From contig NC_045138.2 of NCBI RefSeq assembly GCF_008831285.2, positions 5,704,001-5,768,000 of the forward strand: a stretch of 64,000 bases of DNA. Direction: 5' to 3'. Made by a program: the position numbers and the translations under genes. Under the pieces are notes generated by a model, which worked only from the letters and a program-made list of their open reading frames with translations, was not told where the DNA came from and searched no databases. This document shows positions 52,468 to 64,000 of this stretch, piece by piece (within the stretch, counting starts at the first letter, position 1; every line of letters begins with the position of its first letter). Origin of the DNA: Nymphaea colorata. Its lineage: Eukaryota.

Positions 52468-53527
52468 ATGTTGGACCTATGTGCAGTACCATAAACCCTT
52501 CAACTTGAGCGTTGCAATTCGAACATTCACATTCCAAGAGGGAGCATTCATGGGAACCAAACAACATGCCTTCTAATCATCTACCTATCCGACCAGCTAT
52601 ACTATACCCCTTAAAGTTGTTGGGTAGAGTTCTTGAGTTGATAAACGAGAAATTTTCTATTATGGTAGAGTTCAAAAGTTTTTATGTATCATATTAAAAT
52701 TGTACATTGTCGGAAAGTCATCACTAACATGATATGATAAAACAGCCGGACTTGGCGAGACACGTGGCCCCACGGCCCACTAGAGGGACGAGGAAGGCCC
52801 CGCTGGCCACCGCCGGGGTCCAGATGTCGTGCAAGAGAGGAGCTGATTAATTTTCTGTCTCATGATTGTTTTCTCTATTGTCCAAGGCTTTATTGGCTAG
52901 ATTTTCTATCTCATGATTGTTTTCCCTATTGTCCAAAATATCATGAAATTGAGATGAAATTTAATATGTGAAGGAGTTTTATCTGCTTATCAATTATTAT
53001 CAATGACACGTCGAAACTTTCTAACCATATAATAGCTTTTTTGTTGCTTCACTTATAAGTTTCTAAGAGGAAAGGGAAATGAAAAGAAAAAAAGAGGAGA
53101 AAATCTTCAAAGATTTTCTTTATAAGGAGGGTCCAACAATGTGCTTTTGAAAAGCCTAATTAGTTGGGGAAATAAATTGACCCAACTGCTTTTGGAAGCA
53201 TGTTTTTGGTTCCCCTTCTTGTTGTTGGTCATAAGTCTTTTTCTTTTATTTAATGTAAGGAAGATGTAAAACTTTTTCAGATTCTGATAATCTGTACATT
53301 GAAAATTGAATCCGTTTAAATTCAAAATAGACAAAAGAGAAAATCAAAACCATATTTTAATTATTTACATCCCTAAATTGAAACAAAAAGTATCTCGTCT
53401 CTCTTGAGGGTAGCGTTAAAAAACATTATTTTTGGAAAATATATATGAAAATAAGAAAGAAATATAATACATGAATAGTCAAGTAAGATGAACTGATAAT
53501 GTAATGAGATTCAGTGACTATAGAAGG

Positions 53528-53529
<2 letters not shown>

Positions 53530-53625
<96 letters not shown>
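53530..53625. repeat. (TA)n(TG)n microsatellite
   Basis: Seen directly. Other simple repeats at 16214-16260 (TA/TG), 25212-25287 (TA) and 50345-50382 (poly-A). Confidence 0.95.
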
Positions 53626-54491
53626 ATATAAAAGTTAGTTGACCTTAACCCCATAATTAGATTTGATCTAGAAAAAGAAAAAAAAAAGATCTTTAAAATG
53701 AAAATTGATTGTAATATTCAGTACAATTTTCTCAAACTATGTATACAAAAGCTCAGAAAACCGTATCAAAATTTATATGTGTGATTAGATTCCGATGTTA
53801 GTCCGTTGGGATAAAGTCGTTAGAGGATTCAACCAATCACATTTTTTTTAAGCCAAATGGACAGTTCAGTTCACCAGAAGTAAAGTCACTCATTTCTTTC
53901 CGCTCTTAGGGTCTAAGACTGCTTTGAGACTGAGTAGGTATATGATATACCCTTCAACTCCAATGTTGGAGTATGTCATTTCTTCCCGCCCGGTCTAAGT
54001 CTACTCGGGTAGACTTACTAAGATTGAATGGGCTCGATATGTATTATTTTTTATGTTAATCGGGCCAGGCTCAAGCTCAAGACCTAAGCTCAAGTTCCAA
54101 GCCTGAGCTGTTGTTGTGGGCTGCGGCTGGGCCCGAGCCTGATTGCTGAGCTGAGCTGGGCCAGCCCAATGCTCAGCGTTACCCCATTCCCTGAAGTAAA
54201 TTGAAGGTTCTAAAAATTACCATAACAACAATCTCAGTCCGTGAACAGAGCCAGCAGATGCTACCATACATCCAGGCTTCTATTATTCGTCAAACTCCAT
54301 ATTTTTGTATATGTTGGGGGAAACAAGGACAAACCAAATGATGAAACTACGCAAATGGCAAATGGAAATGATATTTCACAACAACCTATAAATAACCATT
54401 TTAATGTCATGCACAAATAAAAAAACAAAAAAACAAGATACTTCTTTCACCTGAACTCCAAAATAAAACTCTTATCATTTAAATAATCTTG

Positions 54492-54847
<356 letters not shown>

Positions 54848-56809
54848 TTCCTAAAATGAGAAATAAAAACTATGTCACCACCCAAAAGTCTAACGATCAC
54901 TAAATTGAGGGACAATAAGCTAAATAAAAAGGAGTAAGTGGAAGAATATCACTTAATCCAGAGAGTGATGAGCTTTTCACGACAAAACCTATCTTTCTCT
55001 TGCTTCAATTTTCATTAAACATAAAGAAAATAATGGAAAGGACATTGTTTATGAAGTCAGTAGGTTGACTCAAGAATCACCCAAGTTGGCTCGAGACCAT
55101 TCTCTTATTGGACCACGAGTCGAGACTCAAGCGAATTAGTACCAAAAGTCGAGCGACTCGGCCAAGAATCGCTGACTGGTTAGATCGATGGGATATGAAT
55201 CGCCGAGTTTGGTTCTAATTATTTTAAGGCGTACAAATCATTTTTAGCTTCTTAATCATCTTTATGAAAGCTTTCATTTGCAAATATATTCTACCTATCA
55301 ATTTATATATATATTATTTTTTTCGTGATTAAAATTGTTGACAAATGATTACCAGAAGTTGTAATAAAAAACCATTATTAAAAAATTTACGACTTGACCT
55401 GACGAGTCGTTGGGTTAACTCGTTGAGGTCATCGGTATCTACCGATGAGTTTGATTCCGAGTTTGCCAACAATGAGAAGACCCAAACAATAATAAAAAAG
55501 CCTCCACCTTCTCAAACACATATTTTCTCTCTCTTGTAGTATCTTTATTTAATGATTGAAAATGAAGGGAGAACAAGAGTCGCCCGTTCCTTCTTTCAAA
55601 GAGGAGTTCCCAAAAGAACGAAAGAAGTCAAGGATGAGCTTCCCAACGTGTCCCCCTTTCCCTAAGTCTTTTTTTTTTTTTTTTTTCTAAATTACATTTT
55701 CGGTCCACCATTTTTGCTAAAATATCTTCATTTATAAAATATTCTCCTAAAACGTATATTATCAACGCTGTTGCAAACTATCACGGCTGTTGCAAAAGGA
55801 TCAAATATATCATGTATTTGAATTCAAATTTGAATAAAACAAAGTCATATCCGAATTTAAAATCTGATTTTACAATCCCAATTAGATTCATTTTTTTTAT
55901 TTGTATCTGAATCCGAATTTTAAAACAGATTTTGCCAATTTTCAAATTTTGATAGCTTTAGATACACTATATTTGTTTAAAAATAGTTGGATTAAACACT
56001 ACTTTGAAAACCCAACAGTCACTTTTTGGTCTTGAAAAAATTTTTCCACCCCTTGAGATGGGGATGACATTTTCAGAAAAAAAAAATTTTGAAAACCAAC
56101 TCAATGATAACTTTTTTCATCTTAAGTTTGATGGGTAAGAAAAATTTTAAAAAAAATAAATTTTATTTCCAGTGCTATATGAAATATATAGCCTATCAAA
56201 ATGGATTGGACTCTCAAAGGAGTTAAACTCGAGTTACTAACAAAATGAGTTCGAGCAACATGAACTTGAGTTGTTTAAACTTGACTCAACTCGTGCCTTC
56301 TTTGTTTATTAGTCTTTGGGGGCATCTTGGTAGTTTTATAAATTTTAACACTCATTTTATGGTTTTCATTTTCATTAGAACAATATATTGAATTTAAAGA
56401 GTCAGCTCGAGCTCGCCTCATAAAGCTTAACTCGACTGAGCATGACCCGAGCTCGAGCCAAGCAATATGCGACTCGAGCCGAACTAGTTCAATGTACAAT
56501 GTAGTTTATGCTTTAATTAAACAAAGTCTAATTTTTTCTTCCTGCCGTCTAACTTCTTCTCCATACAGACTCGTATATTACTCTAATTATTCGCAACTAT
56601 AAATATGATCATGTTCAAACGATGATCAACTACTAAACAAATGAAATTAAGAAAAATCAACCCGAGCCCAACGACGAGCTCTTCAATGATTGGTTAGTGC
56701 TAATGGTATTCAAATCTGGATGGAATTCAATTAGATTTTGGTAACTTCATATTTGAGTTTCTAGAAAATTTTAGATCCACAGCTTTAAAGTTTCATCTCC
56801 TTTCATCCG

Positions 56810-57652
56810 ACCTCAAATATGAGGTTTTAAGGTTTAGAATAAAACTGGGCATCGGGCCGGGTACCCAACAGCCTCCCAATAAATTTTAAATATTATTTTC
56901 TATTAATAATATATATTTTATTATAAAAATTATATTTCATATTTAAAAATATATTTTTTAATTGTAACCAGGCCAGGCCAGACCGGGGCTCGGGTTTTGG
57001 ACATTGGGCCAACTCTGACCAGACTCTTATTGGGCCAGTGCACGCCTAGTTTTGACCATAAACTAAAAAACTCTTTTTTTTTTCACGTAGTTATAAAATC
57101 CAGGGTTTGCTTACATTATCATTGTGTTTGATGTCCTTAGATCTTAGATCCGAGACTACATTAAAAGGTACAAACCCACCTTCACCACAAGTTTCAAATT
57201 ACTAATTCCAACTTCAAATATGAGGTTTTGACTAGAGGTGGGCATCAGACCGGGTACCCAATAGATATCCAGTACCTGACCCGATCAGGCCTGGCATGGA
57301 CCCAAAAAAACTGGCCCAGTACCTGGCCCGATCAGGCCTGGCATGGACCCAAAAAAACTGGCCTGGGTTGGCTTGATGAGTACTCGGTTTGGCTCGATAA
57401 ATTTTAAATATTATCTATTTTTATTAATAATATATATATTTTTATGAAAAATGTATTTTTATATTTTTAAAAATTATATTAAAAAATATTTTTTTATTGT
57501 AACTAGGCCAGGCCAGGCCTGGGCCTTGACTCAAGTTTTGGACATTGAGCCAGCCTGAACCCAACTCTTATGAGGCCGGCCTGGTTTTGACCATAAACTA
57601 AAAAACTCAATTCATTGTTGCACGTAGTTATAAAATCTAGCATTTGCTTACA
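56810..57652. mobile_element. Two GGGCC-family MITEs (56840-57048, 57233-57583) in duplicated flanking context
   Basis: Both are preceded by TCAAATATGAGGTTTT and followed by GTTTTGACCATAAACTAAAAAACTC. The second has TSD GTTTTGAC and an internal 47-bp duplication. Confidence 0.7.
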
Positions 57653-59384
57653 TAATGAACAACATTGTCACATGATTAATTTATCAGCAGATAACATAGC
57701 TTTCTATTAACATTCAAAATAATGTTGTTGCATTTTAATAAAGGCATTCTAGAGGGTAAGATGGCACAATTTACGTACTTAACAATTAAATTCGCAAGAT
57801 ATTTTCTTATTAAATAACAAACTGAAAATATAATTTTTAACAATATGAAAAGTTAGTTGTATTTTTTTTATTTTAAAGAATTTGTAGGTGTCCTTTCCAG
57901 AGTTCCCCAGCCTTGGTTCCAGATTTTATCTTAATTAGTGAACAAAGGTCTAAAAAATTCAAGCCGACTTTTCTTTTTCTATTTTTGTTGCTTTTACCAA
58001 ATATAATTACCAATCAAAAATGGTAAAAATAAAATTGAAAAAAAAAACAATTATCTGCATTTAAATTTAAAGGAGCTTTCATAAAGACAAAGAGAATGCC
58101 ATTGCAGGACAGACAGCAACTGTTAAGATGAGCAACCACAGTTAACTCTTATAGTTATTTATCTCTTTACCGCATGAGAAAGATACAGGTTTTACTGCTC
58201 CTTAATTCAAAGCCAGTTCCCAGTTTTGTGTATATTGTTACTTTGGATTCTCTTTTACTGTGGTAAATAGTAGTCATACCACTAAAGTAGTGCGACAGAT
58301 CTAGAAAATGGGCGTTAATTTAATAAATTACGTATGATCTTATATTTGTTTGATAGGTAGAAATTTAACCGCCGTGCAATAAAATACACAGGTTTTAAAA
58401 GACCAAACATGGAAAAAATATATTGAATAGCAAACGGCTGACAAAATATTTAAAATTAGTTTCTAAAAGCATTATGCCGTAAAATAGAATTCTCTTGTAA
58501 ATAAAAAAAAAGTATTAACCGGATCAGAACAGCAAGAAAATTTCCATATATTGATGGAAAAAAAAAATGCTTGACGCTGTGATCTCGAGGAAATATCAGA
58601 AATAATAATTTTGTTGAAAATATCTCAAAATTCAGAAATGTCATCTTGATGCGCATGAAGCTAAAATGACACAAAAAAAATATTCCCACTTTTCCCTTTT
58701 TTTATAAAAAACTGTGGGAAAAGGAAAAAAAGGAAAGAAAATGGCTTTTAAGGCTCCACACCTTTCATAATTTTTATTTTTCAATTTTTTTATAATAAAA
58801 TGCCGGCAATAAAAAGCAAAAGCAGGCCAAGATACTCCAAATTTTTTTGTTGGGTTTTCAAAAACTGAAACGGTCTTAAGATACACAGGAAAACAAAACT
58901 TTAAATACTATGAAATAATTTTCGGCCGTACCAATGCAATTGTGGAAGATAGTGATATACTACTCACAAGGCACCTTTGCCTTGTTCATTATATTTAAAT
59001 ATTCCAAAAAGAATCCTCGCCAAAAGGAAATGAAAACTTGATCTTTGGATTCTAGCGGGCTGTTCACTAAGGTAAGATTTCGCATTTTCTAAATATTAGA
59101 AGGAAAGTTGGTAAAAATAGACGAGGTTAAATTAAAAAATGAAGATATTATGAGAAAATTCATTATGTTTAACTTTTCATTATTTAAGATAATTTAACAC
59201 TAAAGGTAGCAGAAATTGATCAAAGACGGGAAAAGTAAGATAGAAAAAAATGTTCCGCAGGTGAAAAAGAATAATTAATAATGAAAGATGAAGCGAAGAA
59301 AAGTTCAAATAGGGACTTAATAGAAGAAAAAGAAAAGGAGGTCAGAGTGTGTGTGATTTCCACCCCCCTTCTCCTCGTTACCAG

Positions 59385-59442
59385 AGGAGAGAGAAACGAG
59401 AGAGAGAGAGAGAAAGCGGGAGAGAGAGAGAGAGAGGGAGAG
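59385..59442 (+). promoter_or_regulatory. GA-repeat tract in the proximal promoter or 5' UTR of the auxilin-related gene
   Basis: (GA)n runs about 320-380 bp upstream of the ATG. A regulatory role (BPC/BBR binding) is inferred only. Confidence 0.4.
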
Positions 59443-59763
59443 TCTCTTCCCCTTCCATCTTCCTCCTCACCTTCTCGATGCCCTACTTCTCTCAATTTAT
59501 CCGGAAATTCAGGGGGAAATTTTCCGGGAAAACGAGGTAAAAGAGGAGCTAGCGAACTCCGAAGCAAATTCTGCAGCCGGAGAGCTTCTTTCTTGTTATC
59601 GTGTCTTCTTACAAGCTTATGAAATTCATTTTCCCCTCTCTTGGTTGCCTGAATTCTCTAATCGATCGCCTGATCTGGTGAAATTGAAGGGCGGAAGAAG
59701 CCCTAATTGCGTAGCCGCAGCACCACTTAGCGATAGATCGACACCGTCCGATCTTTGCCACCG

Positions 59764-60367
59764 ATGGAGGATTTTCCTGGACTCCTACAGCGGGATTACG
59801 GATTCAAGCCGCAGGGAAAATCGGCGCCGATGCTGTCGGCGAAACGGCCACCACCGCCGCCGCCGACGGCGAAATCAGGCTGGAACACGTCTAATTCCTT
59901 CCTTGACAACCACGACGATATCTTTGGCGGCCCTCCGACCAGTTCAGCTGCCGCTGGCAGGCCGGATCCAGTCGCCTACGACGATGTATTCGGGGGGCGG
60001 TGAAGTCCTCGAGTACCGGTGCGTCGTCCGGATTGGATTCGGTGTTTCCAGGGTTGAAGGATCCGCCGAGGTCTTCTTCCATGCCGGTGTTCGACAAGCC
60101 GCTCTACGATGACGATATCTTTGAGGGCGTACCAGGGTTGCGCAGCTCTGAGAAGATCCAGTTTGACAACGTTTTCGGATCGATACCCTCAGGGGCGTCC
60201 AAGCCGTCGGCACCGGAATACGACGATCTTCTTGGGGAGTTGGGTGGAACTGGAATAGGGTCGGAGGCGAAGAAAAAAAGCACGGGGCAGACAACGTCAT
60301 CAGGGCCTGCTTTCGACGATCTGATTCCGGGCTTCGGTGTCGCCGATCCGCCTTCAAAAAAGAATAG
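59764..60367 (+). CDS. Auxilin-related (J-domain clathrin-uncoating co-chaperone) protein, exon 1; 1-nt frameshift at 59992-59997
   Basis: MEDFPGLLQRDYGFKPQGKSAPM resembles the N-terminus of plant auxilin-related proteins 1/2; also YDDVFGG, PVFDKPLYDDDIFEGVPGL, FDDLIPGFG; donor AG|GTGAGA. Confidence 0.88.
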
Positions 60368-63300
60368 GTGAGAACCGTGTTCTCAAGGTAGATTGGCTTC
60401 GATCATCCATGATGTTGTTGTTCTGCGTCTGGGAGAGCTCTAATTGGTGCAAGTCGCCTTATGTTTTATGAGATTTGATTTTGGGCATCACAAACTTTTT
60501 TGATCCATAAAAATGCACCTAAACTCAGAGATGACCATCGTATTTGCTTCAGAATTTCTTCCTAATGTAGTGATAGGTCGACCGCAGTGTGAGGAGTTGA
60601 TAGATCGAACTTAAGGAAGAAATGTTGTTTTTTATGAATGAGCTATTCTGTTGTTGTAGATCATTTGAGCATGAGTTGTTGTTGATACAGGTTTGCGTAA
60701 AGCATTGGCGGACTGCCTGTATTCATTAGAATGTGGTTTTGTCTAAGTTGGTTGCCATTGATTCCAATCAGTGGGTTTCACAAAGTCCCAAATCCTTGAA
60801 GTGGGGATTAATATATGTCTCTGTTTGAAGGCAAAATGTTTGGCACTGTAATCATTTAATTGTGCATCATGTTCATTCGGCATGCAATCATGTCTTTTCC
60901 AGCCTTGTGGTGTTCCTTTTAGTACATATGTACATTGTACCTTGTGGTGTTCCTTTTAGCACATATGTACATTGTCGTTGTCTAAGTTGCTTCATTCTGT
61001 TGATTGGCTAATTTGAACATTGTATTTACTTGTGAAAACACGTTTACTTGATCCAATGGCTATTCTTCGGTGACTTGGTAACAGAACTAGTGAATTATGT
61101 TGTTCTCTGGCTTGGCTTCTTAACTTTGTTAATGATCAAGCCCTTACTTGATATTGGATCATATAATGCACCAGAATCATCAGTGAAAGCTTTTAAAGAA
61201 ATATCCATATTAAGAAATTCAATAGATGTGGTATGACCTCCTCAATAAAGCTATTCTTTCAGTGGGATTATGTCCAACTTTGGTATGATTGGTTTGCTCA
61301 TCGGTTGTCTGATTTACAGACATGTCATCCAATTAAAGAAGCTAGTTGCTTCATGTGTTTATTCCTTAAAAAGTTATCTTAGTTTTGCTGTTTCTATCTT
61401 CAACGATGATGCATGTAGCCCAATTCGGTCTTGTTCCTTCAATTATTTCTTTGTTTCATGGGGCAAGTGCCAGCATTCACAAGCAACAGCCCTTCATTTG
61501 ATATGCTGCTATGGATTCAAATAACATCTTCATGCCATTTGTGCATCTGATTCCTGACTGTATGCCAACTACCTTTGAGTTCATTATGTTGAAAAGATGA
61601 AGTAACAACTTACAACAAATTCAGATTGCTGCAATGCTGTCCATTTTTAGGACTGTAGGTGATACTCTAAGTAATTATATGGAAAATAAAATCCGAATAA
61701 AAATATGACAGTTACATCAATTCCACAACCTTCCTTTGGAACATTGAACGGTGGTTGGTGGTGAGGTGGTCACTAAGCTTATGGATTATAGGCTGCTGCA
61801 TCAAACTACTGATTATGTTTTGAAATTGCTTGGGTCACTAGAAAGTTAGGGTTCTAGATGGTGGTGCAGCCATGTTTAGAAGAATGCCCAATCACCCATC
61901 ATGAAATCAGAATCAAAATGGAAAGTTCAGAACCGGTGTAGATGTTTCTACTATGACTCAAATTCTGAGGGTGTCGACCTCACTCCCCCATTATGGTTCC
62001 CCAAGTTTCAATGCATTTGGAAAATAAGAAAGATCCTCATGACCCTTGCGTCACCTTGCCACCTGTTTAATCCCTTCATCTGCTTTGGCACTCTTCTCTT
62101 GTCCACCATCTGACCCACCATAATTTAGATTTCCGGCTCTGCAATTGGTTCAAATTTCAAAAATATAATGCAGTAGCCAGTAGGTTTGACACTTTCTTTC
62201 TGTTAGTCCATGTAGACTATGCATAAGTAGATTTTGTTTCTTGGTGTATAAAACTCTAGATATTAAATGTAATGCATGTACTGTAGTTCATTATGCTGGA
62301 TGGGGAAATATGGGTTATACATCTTTTGCTCAAGGTGGACGATGGTAGTTCTATTTCCACCTACTGAGATGCGAGGGTGTTCTATCGTGTTCCCTGTTTT
62401 AGGTTGTACTTTTGTTCAGGTAATTTTATCTTTACTTATTTTTTGTTACATTTTTTATGTTTGTTTATACTTCAAGAATTAGTTTCTATAAGTTTGAATG
62501 ATCATCCTGTCTACATGTTCAATATAGTGGCTTTAATTTAGATTCATTTTTCAATCTATTGTCTGAAATAGAAACATTCTCATGCATTTATTTCTGTTTG
62601 GTATGATATTACCAATAAAGAAAGTGATAATAGCTTGATTACTTGATTAGGATGTTTTTCGAGACTATATGATTGTTAGTTTATGTTCAAAAGTCTGTTT
62701 ATGCAACTACATATGATTACCTCAGAGTATTCTTTTCCATTGATTAGCTTTTTCCTTCCCAAATGTCAGGAACCTATACGTGTTTCTTGTCTTCTTGGGG
62801 AAACCCATAACTCATTTTCATGGTTGACATAGAAAAGGCTTGGAATCTTGCCTTTTCATTCATCTCTTTCTTTTGGTTCTCTGTGAATCAAACCTCATTT
62901 TCCTGCACCCTTTCTCCTTAAATGAACCAGATTTTGTTTAACTGTATGTTCCTGTGAAGATATAGGTGAAGATGAGACCTGGAGATTTTATCTAGTCATT
63001 GTCTTTCCTTTTCTCCCTCTCTCTCTCTCTCTAATCAAATGTCTCCTTAGAGGGGTCACTTTTCATTTAATGGTTTCTGCTTGTGAAGATGTAGGTGAAA
63101 CTAATACCTGGACGAATAATTTTCATCTAATTGTATGTTTCCTTTGCCTTTTACCTTTCTAATGCTTGCTTGTTGCGTTTTTAAAGTTTAACCAAAATGT
63201 CTCTTTAAACTTTAAAAAACTGGATTTCATTTAATGGTGTGTTCCCGTAAGCATATAGGTGAAGATGAGGCCTGGAGATTTTTATATAATGATTCTATTT

Positions 63301-63680
63301 CCTTTTCCTTCTCATTTTTCTAGCCTGCTTGAGAGATTTTGTCATTTATGCTTCAGTAGGTTGTCATACTGAGCAATCAGCCTGTCTGTGATACGTTGAT
63401 TTGGAGAATTATGAAATGATGTTACAGTTGTGTGAAGTACTTTTTGTATCATGAGCAGCACTCAGCAGTATAATGAACTTTATGTTTGTAATATCTAGAT
63501 TTATTTGTACAGGTTATAGAGATGCTAACTAGCATTTCTTCATTCTATTTTGGTTGTTTTGATATTCTGGCCAAACTTTATAAAGCATGAAAGTTCTTCT
63601 CCTTTCTGTTTTGAGAATTGATACCTTTGTATGACTTTGAATTTGTCCTTTTTATGTGTAATTGTAATTTTACTGTGCAG

Positions 63681-64000
63681 GGAACCTAAAGAGGCCAAAC
63701 CCTTTGAGTCATCTGCTTCTCAGAAGTCAACTCCCAGTGCATCAGATGACCCTTTTGTTATCTTAGAATCAAATTCAACACCACCTCAGTCCTCAGGGCT
63801 ATTCACTGATCCTCTTGAGCATATCAATATTCCCAGTAACTCGGGAAGCATGAAGGACTCTTTGTCCGCTAATGGCAGGTTTTTTCATGAGAATGATGTA
63901 TTTGATGGTTTTCCTAAAAGTGTGCCTGTATTTTCTTCTGAGAAGGAGAAAAACTCATCCACAACTGGACAACAAGGTGGTCCTGCACAGACTACTGCCA
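63681..64000 (+). CDS. Auxilin-related protein, exon 2 (continues past the window)
   Basis: Acceptor tactgtgcag|G, phase-compatible with exon 1 (AG+G = Arg); open frame EPKEAK...DDPFVILES...SSGLFTDPLEHI. Confidence 0.85.

Noticed and set aside
59220..60357. Alternative-frame and antisense ORFs around auxilin exon 1
   Set aside because: Shadows of GC-rich coding sequence and GA repeats.

Overview
AT-rich flowering-plant nuclear DNA dominated by nested, mostly decayed transposons. 1-11132 (- strand) is the 5' part of an Ogre/Tat-type Ty3/gypsy element: 3.6-kb LTR, tRNA-Arg-type PBS, an extra plant-mobile-domain (PMD) ORF, gag-protease-G-patch, then RT and two RNase H domains running off the left edge. 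It sits inside a Ty1/copia element (11133-14524), which in turn sits inside exon 1 of a CYP82-like P450. Two broken copies of that P450's last exon follow. Next come a decayed copia element holding a related Ogre solo LTR with a 5-bp TSD (22983-26143), a truncated third Ogre-like copy (~27800-32182), a full-length but mutated 4.8-kb copia (38354-43136), many hAT-type MITEs with 8-bp TSDs, a 250-bp MITE-derived tandem array and several microsatellites. The window ends in the first two exons of an auxilin-related gene with a 1-nt frameshift in a G run. The most interesting signal is in the Ogre element: a splice donor downstream of the LTR TATA box, kept in all three related LTRs, and an acceptor just before the ATG of each of the three ORFs. 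This suggests a retrovirus-like shared-leader splicing scheme, which is an inference only. All calls were made by eye, with no database search.
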